Shown here in pieces: positions 17,920-28,211 of a DNA stretch of 64,000 bases. This stretch comes from a virus. Every line of letters starts with the position of its first letter. Positions within the stretch are counted from its first letter, which is position 1. The DNA lies in IMG/VR virus record IMGVR_UViG_3300043395_003089, positions 1 to 64,000 of that record. One strand, 5' to 3'. The translations under genes were made by a program, and so were the position numbers. Below the pieces are notes generated by a model, which was not told the DNA's origin, did not search any database, and was given only the letters and a program-made list of their open reading frames with translations.

Positions 17920-20900
17920 ATGGCAGATGGCGAGCGCGTTAGCTTGCCGTTGCTACGCGGCGTGACCGATGGTGCCGACTGCGGCTCGTGTCCGCTGTCG
18001 TCGCTCGGCATGCCCAATCGCCCGGTGTGCGGCGAGGGCCCCGAAGATCCCAAGTGGATCATCATCGGCGAGGGCCCTGGCGCGTTCGAGGTGAACCGCA
18101 ACAAGCCGTTCTGCGGCCCGAGCGGTCAAGTCGTCAACCAGATCCTCGGCAAGATCGGCGCGGATCGTTCTACGATCTGGGTTACCAACGCCACGTTGTG
18201 CGTCGAGGGCACAACACAGGTACGCCTCGGAGATGGCTCACTAGAACGTATCGATCGACTGGTCGCTAGCCGCTACACGGGGGAGGTTCAAACGATCGAC
18301 CACGACGGATCGATCACGACTCGACGTGTGACTGGCTGGCATAGAAACATGCGTGGCACTCGTGAGATGCGCAATGTCTCATTTCGTTGGGCTCAACGCG
18401 CGGGCGCGCGTGGCCGAACGCACGCAGTGCTAACCGAAGATCATCCGGTTTTGACGCCTGATGGTTGGCGTAACGCGGCTGAGATCACTGGTGGATTGAT
18501 CGCTACTGGTGACCGTGCGCCGTCGGAAATCGCACAGCAAATCGCCTGGGGCACATTGTTAGGTGATGGCACGTTCGCACGTGGAAGTTTGGTTGTCCGC
18601 CACGCGCGCGATCAACGCGAATACGTGGAAGCTAAAGCACGCGCACTCGCTGGCTTTGGGGTCTCGCCGATCTTTGCTCCTGCAACCGGTTTGCAGGTGC
18701 AAGATCAATTTGGGTTTAGGACACAGGCCGGCGCGTGGGGCCACGCTACACATGACTTGTTCTATCCCGACGGGAAAAAGCGGATCCCGCGAAGCGTTAT
18801 CGAGAACGCCACCGATCTTTTGTTCGCGATTTGGTACCTCGACGACGGTTCGATGCAACATCGAGGTAGCAGACGTCCAAATGCCGAGATTTGCGGGGCC
18901 GGATTCCCGGAGGAAGATCTACGTCTCGCAGGGGCGGCTCTAGCCGCGCGTGGGTTCGAGAATGTCGTTAGAAACGGGCGTATTCGATTCAACGTAGAAG
19001 CTGCCGCGAGATTCAGCCAGCGAATCGCGCGGTTTGTTCCACCAGCGCTCGATTACAAGCTACGTCCAGAAGATCGCGGTCAGTATGACCCGTCAACATA
19101 TGCCACTACTGCGGCGAGACCATTCTTCGATCAGGCCGAGAGTGTTTGCACGAGCCCCCGACGTAAAGGCGAGGGCGCAACCGTTTACTGCCTAGACGTC
19201 GAAGATACGCACAACTTCATCACGCCTGGCGCTGTCGTACACAACTGTCAGCCGCCATCCGGTGCCGACGTTCAGACGCGCGAGCGCGCCGCGGAAGCAT
19301 GTCGCGGGCGATTGATCAACGAGCTGTCGTGGTTTCCCGGCAAGCCGATCCTGACGTTCGGCGCCGTCGCGGCACGCGCTGTGATCCCGAAGGCCACGCT
19401 CGACATGATCGAGCCACCCGAGACGATCAAGGCGCTCAAGAAAGCCCAGAAGCTTCGGCAACAGCCATCGCTGAAAGCCGCGCGCACCAGGCGTAAGGCG
19501 ATCACCAAAGCCGCCGAGAAACGCCTCAAGTTTCTCATCAAGCAGCATCGCAAGAACCTGACGACGATCTACAAGGTCAGGCACAAGCAACGCCCGCCCG
19601 AGCACGTGCTCCGCGAGGAAGTGCTGCGCGTGCAGGCCAAGCTCGAACGCAAGGCCAACGAAGACGCGATCAAACTGGTTGATCTGCGCGCAAAAGAGCG
19701 CGCCCTCAAGGCCTTGCTCAAGGCCAAGCAGCCCAAGAAACCAAAGAAGCCCAAGCAGGTCAAGATCACCGACATCTGCGGGACGCTGTTCGACGTCGAC
19801 GTAGACGGCTCCGGCGAGCGACCCGTCGTGCCCGCGATTCATCCGGCGGCGCTTCTACGTGGCGGCGGCGCGTCGATCGGTGGCTCGCACACGCCAGACA
19901 TGGCGTTCGTCAACCTGATGTACGACGCGGGGAAAGTCCAGAGCCTCGCGAACGGCATCGATATCCGGCTGCGCCCGAACCTCGAATTCGCGCTCTACGA
20001 TCAACAGCACGTCGGCGAGCTGTTCCTCAAGATCTACCACAGCGCGCTCGAAGAGGGCGCGTGCTCGATCGACCTTGAGACCTACGTCGACGATCCCGAG
20101 CGGCACCACGCGCTCATGGCGTATGTCGCCAAGATCAAGGTCATCGGCATCGCGACGAGCGAGCTATCGGTCTCGCTGTCGTGGGAGCTGTTCCCGGCGT
20201 GGGCACAGACGCTACTACAGGTCTTGCTCTCACGCGTCTCGTGCACGTTCCACAACGGGCTCTACGATCGCACAGTCCTGCGCGCGTACGGCTTCGTGAT
20301 GTGCACCGAGAACTTCGAGGACACGCTCCTCGGGCACCACGCATCGTTTCCGGGCAACTCGCACCGGCTACAGATCGTCACGAGCCAGTTCTACGGCGTG
20401 GGCCCCTGGAAAAGCGAGTACCGCAACCAGGAAGAGACCCTCGAAGGCCTCGCGAAGTACAACGCGCTCGATACCGCCGCGACGCACGCGCTCCGTCGGC
20501 CGTTGTTCAAGCACATCGCGCGAACAAAAACTGAACGTGTTTATAACCTCGACAAGTACATGAGCGACTGCGCGAGCCACATGCATCTCGCGGGCATGCC
20601 GGTCGATCGCGATATCAACAGTCAGCTCCTCGCAACGTTCTCGAAAAACGTCGCCGAGGCACGGCGTCACGTCGAGGACATCGCGCGTGATCCCAAGCGG
20701 CGCGAGATGATCTGGCACTACCTCGCGATCGCGCAAGCGGGTAAGGCTCGCAAGCTGGACCCGCCCGACTTCGAGGCGCGCTACCAGCTGCGCCTATCGG
20801 CGATGCAGCTCGATCCCGACTGGAAGTGGAAGATCAACGCCGGCAAGCACATCGCGGCGCTGCTCCAAGCGATGGGCGTCGAGCTCATCGCGACGACAGA

Positions 20901-22788
20901 AGGCGGCGACATCTCGACGAAGAAAGACGTGCTCGAATCGCTCGTCGGTTACCCGATCGTGCGTGACATCCTCGCGTTTCGCGAGAACGACAAGCTGCTT
21001 TCAACGTTTTGTCTCGCACCGGAGACACGTGTACTAACCGGAGATCTGCGGTGGGTTGAGCTTGGTACGATCAGAGTCGGCGATGAGCTAATCGGCTTCG
21101 ACGAACACGGACGAGGGAAAGCATCCAAGCAAGGGCCGACTGCAACCTATCAACCAGCGCTCGTTGAGGGGACGATGCGCCTCAAGTTAGATTGCTATCG
21201 CGTAACGACAGATCGAGGTGTGTCTGTCGTTGCAAGCGATGACCATCTTTGGTTGGCACGAGATGGCAGCGCGAAAGGTCGCACGCGCTATTGGAAGAAG
21301 ACGTGCGATTTACAGCCTGGTGATCTGATCGCGACGTTCGTTGACCCGTGGGATGAAGACACGAGCTGGGAGGCTGGGTTCATCGCAGGATTCCTCGATG
21401 GCGAAGGTTGCGTCCTGAAGCATGGTGCATGTTTCACACAGAACCCGGGAACCGCTTTAAGTCACATGCTAGCGTTGCTCAAGACGAAGGGCTTTGACAC
21501 GTTCGTCAACAAGAAGGCCAACGCTAGGTCAGTGAACGTGTACCCACATGGTGGCGTTCCAGGTGCAATGCGGATGATCGGTCAGTTTCGAGCGCCTCGA
21601 TTGATCGAAAAAGCGCGCAAGCTTTGGAACGGAAAAAAAACTGGTGGACCGTGTAGCCCCGCAGCGATCGTGCGCTCAGTCGAGTTTGTAGGTCAGCGTG
21701 AAGTAGTTGCGATGAAGACGTCTACTAAGACGTTCATTGCTGAAGGAATGCTTACCCACAACTGCTGGCCGATCTTCGATCGTCGCGACCCACGAACTGG
21801 CGAGATCCAGACCTACGGCTTTGCCGACGAGCAATCGCGCATCAGGCCGATCTGGAACATCCACAGAATCACCGGTCGTTGGGCTTCGCAGTGGCCGGTG
21901 GTTTCAAACGTTCCGAAGGACAAATGGAAAAAGCTGACGCCAGAAGAATTGTTGACGCTTGGGATTCTGCCGGACGCTAAGAGGTTTCAAGTCGGCGGAA
22001 TTTGGTTTCGCGTCAACAAGGACAACTCCATCTCCAAGATGGTTCGACCGAATCTACGCGCGCAAATTCGAGCGCGTCCTGGCAGAAAATTGGTCGGCTT
22101 CGACTTCGCGCAGATCGAGGCACGTGTGATCGCGCTGATCTCTGGGACACCGTTTTTGATGGAGGTGTTCGCGGATCCAACGCGTGACATTCACATCGAG
22201 TGCGCGCAGATGATCTGGGAGCACTTCGATTCGCTAGATCCAGACACACGCAAGCAGCTTCGCGAGAACGTCAAGAACATCGAGTATGGCTACTTCTACA
22301 TGGCGCAGCTAGCGACGCTGCACCAGACGATGCTCAAAGCCGGCAACCTGATCAAGATCGAGGATCTCGCGAAGGCGATCGCTAAGCTAGCCAAGCGGCT
22401 ACCGGAGATCACGGAGTGGCAGCAATCGACGATCCGTGGCGCGTCGCAGCCGCCGTACGAGATCAAAGACTTCATTCTAGGCCGTCGTCGGACGTGGCCA
22501 ATGGGAAACATCGAGGCGCCGGAAGCCGTGAACTACGGCGTGCAGACCGCAGCGGCGTCTATCATGAACACTGGTATGGCGAACATGATGCCGCGTCTCG
22601 CGGAGTTTTGCGAAGCCGATCCGATCGCGCAGATCCACGACGCCGCGGTATTCGAGTGCTGGGAGGATGAAGCCGAGCGGCTTGCTTCTGTTTGTGTAGA
22701 AGCTTTCGAGCAAGTGTACGAGCGCGATGGACGCTCGGTACCGTTCAAGATCGAAACGAAGATCGGGCAGAGCTGGGATCAAGTATGA
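17920..22788 (+). CDS. polA: family-4 uracil-DNA glycosylase / 3'-5' exonuclease / family A DNA polymerase fusion with two inteins
   Basis: UDG CxxC, IGEGPG..E..PFCGPSG, HPAALLR; Exo SIDLET, FHNGLYD, YNALD; Pol motifs DFAQIEAR, RENVKNIEYG, QIHDA. Confidence 0.92.
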   Translation: MADGERVSLPLLRGVTDGADCGSCPLSSLGMPNRPVCGEGPEDPKWIIIGEGPGAFEVNRNKPFCGPSGQVVNQILGKIGADRSTIWVTNATLCVEGTTQVRLGDGSLERIDRLVASRYTGEVQTIDHDGSITTRRVTGWHRNMRGTREMRNVSFRWAQRAGARGRTHAVLTEDHPVLTPDGWRNAAEITGGLIATGDRAPSEIAQQIAWGTLLGDGTFARGSLVVRHARDQREYVEAKARALAGFGVSPIFAPATGLQVQDQFGFRTQAGAWGHATHDLFYPDGKKRIPRSVIENATDLLFAIWYLDDGSMQHRGSRRPNAEICGAGFPEEDLRLAGAALAARGFENVVRNGRIRFNVEAAARFSQRIARFVPPALDYKLRPEDRGQYDPSTYATTAARPFFDQAESVCTSPRRKGEGATVYCLDVEDTHNFITPGAVVHNCQPPSGADVQTRERAAEACRGRLINELSWFPGKPILTFGAVAARAVIPKATLDMIEPPETIKALKKAQKLRQQPSLKAARTRRKAITKAAEKRLKFLIKQHRKNLTTIYKVRHKQRPPEHVLREEVLRVQAKLERKANEDAIKLVDLRAKERALKALLKAKQPKKPKKPKQVKITDICGTLFDVDVDGSGERPVVPAIHPAALLRGGGASIGGSHTPDMAFVNLMYDAGKVQSLANGIDIRLRPNLEFALYDQQHVGELFLKIYHSALEEGACSIDLETYVDDPERHHALMAYVAKIKVIGIATSELSVSLSWELFPAWAQTLLQVLLSRVSCTFHNGLYDRTVLRAYGFVMCTENFEDTLLGHHASFPGNSHRLQIVTSQFYGVGPWKSEYRNQEETLEGLAKYNALDTAATHALRRPLFKHIARTKTERVYNLDKYMSDCASHMHLAGMPVDRDINSQLLATFSKNVAEARRHVEDIARDPKRREMIWHYLAIAQAGKARKLDPPDFEARYQLRLSAMQLDPDWKWKINAGKHIAALLQAMGVELIATTEGGDISTKKDVLESLVGYPIVRDILAFRENDKLLSTFCLAPETRVLTGDLRWVELGTIRVGDELIGFDEHGRGKASKQGPTATYQPALVEGTMRLKLDCYRVTTDRGVSVVASDDHLWLARDGSAKGRTRYWKKTCDLQPGDLIATFVDPWDEDTSWEAGFIAGFLDGEGCVLKHGACFTQNPGTALSHMLALLKTKGFDTFVNKKANARSVNVYPHGGVPGAMRMIGQFRAPRLIEKARKLWNGKKTGGPCSPAAIVRSVEFVGQREVVAMKTSTKTFIAEGMLTHNCWPIFDRRDPRTGEIQTYGFADEQSRIRPIWNIHRITGRWASQWPVVSNVPKDKWKKLTPEELLTLGILPDAKRFQVGGIWFRVNKDNSISKMVRPNLRAQIRARPGRKLVGFDFAQIEARVIALISGTPFLMEVFADPTRDIHIECAQMIWEHFDSLDPDTRKQLRENVKNIEYGYFYMAQLATLHQTMLKAGNLIKIEDLAKAIAKLAKRLPEITEWQQSTIRGASQPPYEIKDFILGRRRTWPMGNIEAPEAVNYGVQTAAASIMNTGMANMMPRLAEFCEADPIAQIHDAAVFECWEDEAERLASVCVEAFEQVYERDGRSVPFKIETKIGQSWDQV
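18199..19245 (+). mobile_element. intein with LAGLIDADG endonuclease (349 aa) in the UDG domain
   Basis: TNATL|CVEGTT ... GTLLGDG ... IWYLDDG ... AVVHN|CQPP. Confidence 0.92.
21010..21762 (+). mobile_element. intein (251 aa) in the polymerase domain, with a reduced endonuclease
   Basis: KLLSTF|CLAPETRVL ... DHLW ... IAGFLDGEG ... MLTHN|CW. Confidence 0.9.
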
Positions 22789-23248
22789 AACGAGATCTGC
22801 TGGACGTCGTTCACTTGCCAGTGGCCTCTCGTCACGATGGCTGCCTTGTTCGGGAGGGCGTGATGGGAGCAACGTTCGGCGTCTACGGGCACTGCACCGT
22901 GCGAAAGCCACCAACAATGAACCAGTGGCGTCCTTCAAGGGCGAGCGACATCACGTGGCAGCAGGCTGAGGCGAAACACCCGGAGTGTCTCGTTGCATGG
23001 GATCAACTCTGTCTCCGATTCATGGGTAAGTGGGAGATCCGAACGATGTACGAGAGCGCAGGGCTCTGCTTGGTCATCGGCGTCGCGGCGCTGGAGTCGG
23101 CGGAGTGGGCGTTCTTCAGTTACGAGCCGATCTCGCAGGAGTGGCTTGAGTCGCCCCGAAGGTCTCGATCTCCCAGGTCCTCGGCAAGCGGTTCAACGCC
23201 GAACTTCGAGGAGCCTTAGCTGGCAGAGCAGCGAGCTACCGTCACGCG

Positions 23249-23920
23249 ATGAACGAAATCGCTTGTCTCGATCATGGGTTCGTCGCGCTTGTAGACGTCA
23301 TGGGCAACGACCGTACGCCCGCGCAGTGCGCGCGTACGTCGTTCCGCAACGCGCAACAAGAACGCACCGAGGAACAAGACGCCAAGTTGACCGACTACCT
23401 CGTACGGCATCGACACACGACGCCCATCGAGTTTTGTCAGGTTCGGTTCTACATGAAGATGCCGATCTTCGTCGCGCGTCAGCTCGTACGGCACCGCACC
23501 GCGAGCATCAACGAAGTCTCGTATCGCTACGTGCAGGCGGCGCGCGAATTCTACGTGCCGGCGCCCGAGCGATGCCAGCGCAAGGCCGAGACGAACAAGC
23601 AGGGCTCATCGAGCGAGATCGTCGAGCGCCCGGATCTCGTGAGGCGCATGATCGAGAACGCGGGCAATCGCGCCTTCGATGACTACGAGCAGCTCCTCGC
23701 GTATGGACTCGCTCCCGAGCTGGCGCGTACGGTCTTGCCGTGCGGCACGTACACCGAGTGGTACTGGCAGAACGATCTCCACAACACGCTGCACATGCTC
23801 GGGCTACGTCTCGATGCGCATGCGCAGTACGAGATCCGCGTGTTCGCCGAGGCGATGCTCGCGCTACTTCGCCCGGTGTTCCCGACGATCCTCGGGGCAT
23901 GGGAGCGCGCCAGGACGTAG
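23249..23920 (+). CDS. thyX: flavin-dependent thymidylate synthase
   Basis: HTTPIE, RQLVRHRTASINEVSYRY, HAQYEIR. Confidence 0.96.
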   Translation: MNEIACLDHGFVALVDVMGNDRTPAQCARTSFRNAQQERTEEQDAKLTDYLVRHRHTTPIEFCQVRFYMKMPIFVARQLVRHRTASINEVSYRYVQAAREFYVPAPERCQRKAETNKQGSSSEIVERPDLVRRMIENAGNRAFDDYEQLLAYGLAPELARTVLPCGTYTEWYWQNDLHNTLHMLGLRLDAHAQYEIRVFAEAMLALLRPVFPTILGAWERART

Positions 23921-23950
23921 CTGTCAGACCAGCGAGCTAAGGTCGCCTGC

Positions 23951-24436
23951 ATGGGTTCAGACGACGCTTTCAGCTTCAAGTCCGGGTCACCGAACACGCC
24001 AGAGCCAGCGCCCAAGCCGAGCGAGTACACGCCGGCCTGGCCAAAGGTGATCAACATGGTCATCCGCGGGTTCACGAATCCGCAGGCGCCCGCCGATATC
24101 CACGAGATCGCCGGGCTCGTCGTCGCCGATATGCGCGAACGCGACGAACAAGGCGCTAAGAAATACGGTGTGCACCTACAAGCTGGCAACGGGCGGCGGC
24201 ATCTCGTCGACGCCTACCAAGAGGCGCTCGACAAGACCGTCTACTTGCAGGCCTGGATCGACGAGCACATCGCGATCGAGCAGTGGCTCGCCGTGGAGCG
24301 TGGCGAAATTGACGAAGCGAAGGCCCGAACGACTTTCAGCCGACTCCAACTAGAAGTTGTCGAGATGTTCGGTACCTCGGTACTCGATTGCCTCAAGCTG
24401 CGCTCGATGATCAAGCTCGAAGCCGAGACCAAGTAG
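23951..24436 (+). CDS. phage protein, possibly all-alpha NTP pyrophosphatase-like
   Basis: RDEQGAKKYG ... DAYQEALD..VYL motif. Confidence 0.5.
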   Translation: MGSDDAFSFKSGSPNTPEPAPKPSEYTPAWPKVINMVIRGFTNPQAPADIHEIAGLVVADMRERDEQGAKKYGVHLQAGNGRRHLVDAYQEALDKTVYLQAWIDEHIAIEQWLAVERGEIDEAKARTTFSRLQLEVVEMFGTSVLDCLKLRSMIKLEAETK

Positions 24437-24438
24437 AC

Positions 24439-26202
24439 ATGCAGCTCACCGATGAACAACTCGCGATCGTTGACGCCGGGCGTGGCAAAGACGACATCTT
24501 GATCGAAGCCGTTGCAGGCTCGGGCAAGACCAGCGCTTTGCTCGCGACGCTCGACGTCATGCCGCAACGCTCGATCTTGGTGACCGCGTACAACGCGCGG
24601 ATCGCCGACGAGTTGGTCAAGCGAGCGCCGAGGGCCAAGCGCGGCTCGGCGATCCACATCAAGACGTTTCACGCCGTCGGGCGCCAGATCGTGCTCAAAC
24701 ATTTTCCAGGAGCACAATTTGATCGTAGCGGCACCGACGAGATCATCGCGGCGGCTGCTGGCGAAGCCAGCCTCGCATATCCGCTGCGCCGCGCCGCCGT
24801 ACGATTGCTCCAACGCTACAAAGAGACGATGGGCGCCGATACGCTCGTTGTCGCCGAGCCCGAGGAGCTGCTCGAACTAGGCCACAACTACGATCTGTTC
24901 GGCAAGCTCACGGCCGCGCAGGTTGATCATGTGGTCGATGTCGCGGCGCGTGGCTACGAGCTCAGCTTCCATCCCGAAACCTTCAACAAGCTCGATTTCT
25001 GCGACATGCTGTGGTTGCCGATGGCGCTCAACCTCGCGCCGCCGTCGCGCTATCAGGCGATCGTCGTCGACGAGTGGCAGGACATCAACATCCCGCAGTT
25101 GGAGCTGATCCGCCGGCTCTGTCTGCCGTCGACGCGGCTGATCATGGCCGGCGACGGACACCAAGCGATCAACGCTTGGCGTGGCGCCGTCGCGGGCGTC
25201 GTGCGCCAGTTGATGTGCGACGAGCGCAAGGCGAAGGTCATGACGCTCACGATCTCGTTCCGTTGCAGCAAGGCCGTGATCGACGCTGCGCGAGCGCTCG
25301 TGCCCGAAGTCCGGGCGTTGCCCGACGCGCTCGAAGGCTCGGTCACGACTGTCGGCCTGCGCGACGTGCCACGCATGATCATCGCGCGGCCGAGCGACGA
25401 GATCCACACGTTCGTGTTGTCGCGCAACAACGCCGCGCTACTCGACACGGCGCTCTTGCTCTGGCGCGAGGGCGTGCGCTTTCAGCTCAATGCAGGTCAG
25501 GAGATGCTCGCGCCGCTGTTCGAGTTGCTCGACAAGTTGGATCTGCGTACGCCCGATCTGTTTCGCAAGTCGCTCAAGAAATGGCACGCCGAGGCGCTGG
25601 AGAAAGCCGAGACCGCGGGCTCGATCGAGCAGATCGAACGCGTCAACGAGCAACACTCGATGCTGCACTCGGCGGTGAGCTACGTCGCGCCGACGGGGCT
25701 TCGCAAGCTCCTCAACACGATCTTGGAAGTTGGCAAGACCGGTGTGCTGCTCTCGACCGTGCACAAGGTCAAGGGCCTCGAAGCCGATCGCGTGTTCTTG
25801 CTCAAGCAGACGTTCAATCGTCACAAGGCTGTGCCAGTGTGGCAGCGCGTTGGTGGTGACGAGCACGGCGACGAGCGGATCGATTACATCAAGGTCGGCG
25901 TGTTCAAAGCCGGTGACGACAGCGACGAGGCGAACATCGAATACGTCGCGATCACGCGCGCGAAGGAGCACTTGATCTGGGTCAACATGCCCGAGCGCGA
26001 GCACGAGGAGCTGCCCGCCGAGCCGCTGATCCCACAGATGCTCGCGTCGCTGACCGATGCGCAGCTCGCCGAGGAATTCGAGAAAGCGGAGGGCGAGTTG
26101 ATGCGCTACTCCTCGATGGGCGAGCAAGACAAGGCCGATCATTGGGCGAAGTACGCCAAGCTGATCGCAGCCGAACAATCCAAGCAGGAACGCGCACGAT
26201 GA
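24439..26202 (+). CDS. UvrD/Rep-like SF1 helicase
   Basis: AVAGSGKT, VVDEWQD, GDGHQAI, SFRCS, STVHKVKGLE, YVAITRAK. Confidence 0.92.
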   Translation: MQLTDEQLAIVDAGRGKDDILIEAVAGSGKTSALLATLDVMPQRSILVTAYNARIADELVKRAPRAKRGSAIHIKTFHAVGRQIVLKHFPGAQFDRSGTDEIIAAAAGEASLAYPLRRAAVRLLQRYKETMGADTLVVAEPEELLELGHNYDLFGKLTAAQVDHVVDVAARGYELSFHPETFNKLDFCDMLWLPMALNLAPPSRYQAIVVDEWQDINIPQLELIRRLCLPSTRLIMAGDGHQAINAWRGAVAGVVRQLMCDERKAKVMTLTISFRCSKAVIDAARALVPEVRALPDALEGSVTTVGLRDVPRMIIARPSDEIHTFVLSRNNAALLDTALLLWREGVRFQLNAGQEMLAPLFELLDKLDLRTPDLFRKSLKKWHAEALEKAETAGSIEQIERVNEQHSMLHSAVSYVAPTGLRKLLNTILEVGKTGVLLSTVHKVKGLEADRVFLLKQTFNRHKAVPVWQRVGGDEHGDERIDYIKVGVFKAGDDSDEANIEYVAITRAKEHLIWVNMPEREHEELPAEPLIPQMLASLTDAQLAEEFEKAEGELMRYSSMGEQDKADHWAKYAKLIAAEQSKQERAR

Positions 26203-26505
26203 GCAATCGCTACAAAGTCTGGCCGGCGCTTCCCGATGGCTCTCGCGACAGCGAACGCATCTTGCTGCGCACGGGCCTATCGAAAGACGCCCCCGACTTC
26301 GGCGAGAACGACATCGAAGACTTTTTCGGCTCGCTCGTCGAGCTGGCGCAGCTCGCGCGCGAGACGCGCGGCTACGTCGGGCGCGTGTACATCAGGCAGT
26401 TTTTCCCGGGCGAGATCACCACCAAGAGCTGGATCGTCGAGGCCGACGATACCGTTATCGAGGGCTGGCACTGACTGTCAGACCAGTGAGGTAGCGTAGG
26501 TCTCG

Positions 26506-27173
26506 ATGAAGACCAGCTATCAGATCGCACCGCGAGCGGCGTCAACCTGTTCGACAATGATCGCGGCGTGACCTGTATCGATCTGACGACGTTGCCGATC
26601 ATCAATCGCAAGATGGTCAAGAGCGTCGCGCTGAAAGACGCCGCGTCGATCGCGTGGAAGCTTCAGTACGCGCGGGCCTATCAGAAGGTCTACAAGGACT
26701 ACGTCAAGAACAAGTTCCCCGGCCTGACCGAGCACAACGGGTTCTCGCCGCCTCGAACGCAGGCCGAGGCCGTGAGAAGCTCGCGGGCTACATCATGGGC
26801 AAGGAGCTCGAATTCAAGATCAAGGGCTACTCGTCTGCCGCCAGTCTCGAAGGTCATCGAGAAAGTGAAAGCCAAGGGCAAGCTCAACGGGCCCGAGACG
26901 CTCATGGCCGAGGCGATCTTTGAAGTCGAGTCGTTCCTGAGCGCCAACCCGGCGAAGCTGCACCATGACTGGCTCGTCGGCAAAGAGAAGATGAACGGCG
27001 CGACCGTGCGCGGCCTAGCCTATCAGCTCTCGCAGATCGTGTTCTCGATCATCGTCGGTCAGACGTGGTTCAGCGATTGCCCGACGCCCGACGACAACAC
27101 GGTCACGCACAAGACGCAGCACGGCGACGTCGTGATCGCGGCCGAGCTGCGCGAGATCGAGATCAAGCTGTAG
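26506..27173 (+). pseudogene. degenerate gene with frameshifts
   Basis: The ATG after the 23-bp motif is out of frame with the gene body; an internal ~20-codon segment reads protein-like only in another frame (EKLAGYIMGKELEFKIKGYSS). Confidence 0.55.
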
Positions 27174-27205
27174 CTGGCAGACCAGCGAGCTAAGGTCGTT
27201 GCGCG

Positions 27206-28009
27206 ATGGCAAAGACCTGGTGTTCTGTTTGCGGCGAGCGGCAGTTTCACGTTCCTGACAACGAGCTGCCAACGTGCGCGAATGGTCACGGCGGCGCTCC
27301 CGGCCTCGATCAAAGTGAAGCGCAAGCGCTGGGCTACGACACGTCCAAGCGCTTGCGCCGGATCATTCGAGTGCCGCGCGCCGAGGTGCACAAGCGACCG
27401 ACGATCGCGAAGCGCTCGCAGGACGAACGCGATCTGTCCGATGCAACGTGCACGCCGAAGTGGCTCGCGGATTTTCTCTACAAGGCCCGAGGCAATCGGC
27501 CGTTCGATCTCGACCCGTGCAGCAACGAACGCTCGCACATCATCGCGCATTGGTCATTCTCGCTAGAGAAGAAGCTCGACGGGCTCAAGCTTCCGTGGCG
27601 CGGTGAAGTCTTCAAGAACAACCCGTTCTCGGCGCCGATGCTGTGGCAAGAGAAAGCCGTCTACGAGCTGACGCTCGGTCGTTGCACCGAGCTCGTCGAG
27701 CTGTGCAAGATGGATCCGAGCACCGAGTGGTGGGGCGTTATCGCGCAGCCGATCGTTGCCGGTGGCGCGGATTGGAGCCATCGCGAGATCGTCTACACGC
27801 CGGACTTGTGGCTGTTCCGCGATCGCATCCAATACGACGAGCACCCGCTGTTGATCGAGAAACGCCGCTGCGAGATCGCCGAGGGCAAGCGCAAGGGCAA
27901 CAAGAGCGGCAAGAGCTCGAACAACTTCTGCTCGGCGCTGATCCATCATCGGTTCGACAAGCCGCGCTTGCCGCTCGAAGAATTCGCCGACCTGTGGATC
28001 AGGCCGTAG
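27206..28009 (+). CDS. phage Dam-like DNA N6-adenine methyltransferase
   Basis: TPKWL..FDLDPC..VFKNNPFS..DPSTEWW; motif IV reads NNPF rather than NPPY/F. Confidence 0.7.
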   Translation: MAKTWCSVCGERQFHVPDNELPTCANGHGGAPGLDQSEAQALGYDTSKRLRRIIRVPRAEVHKRPTIAKRSQDERDLSDATCTPKWLADFLYKARGNRPFDLDPCSNERSHIIAHWSFSLEKKLDGLKLPWRGEVFKNNPFSAPMLWQEKAVYELTLGRCTELVELCKMDPSTEWWGVIAQPIVAGGADWSHREIVYTPDLWLFRDRIQYDEHPLLIEKRRCEIAEGKRKGNKSGKSSNNFCSALIHHRFDKPRLPLEEFADLWIRP

Positions 28010-28067
28010 CTATCAGCCTGGCGCACCACCACTTGACGTCGGATTTCTCTTGTGGGAGCTTTGGGGC

Positions 28068-28160
28068 ATGGCGAAAAAGCACTGCAAGTTTGGCAAGGTC
28101 TCTCGTGGTCGTCGCAAGGGCCAGTGCCGAAAGTCGCGCAAGACGCGACGCAAGCGCTAG
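28068..28160 (+). CDS. 30-aa protamine-like basic peptide (not in ORF track)
   Basis: MAKKHCKFGKVSRGRRKGQCRKSRKTRRKR. Confidence 0.6.
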   Translation: MAKKHCKFGKVSRGRRKGQCRKSRKTRRKR

Positions 28161-28211
28161 TCGATCGCTTTCTCGAAGCGGGCTATGATGTCCGCTAGTG
28201 GAGGCTGATCA

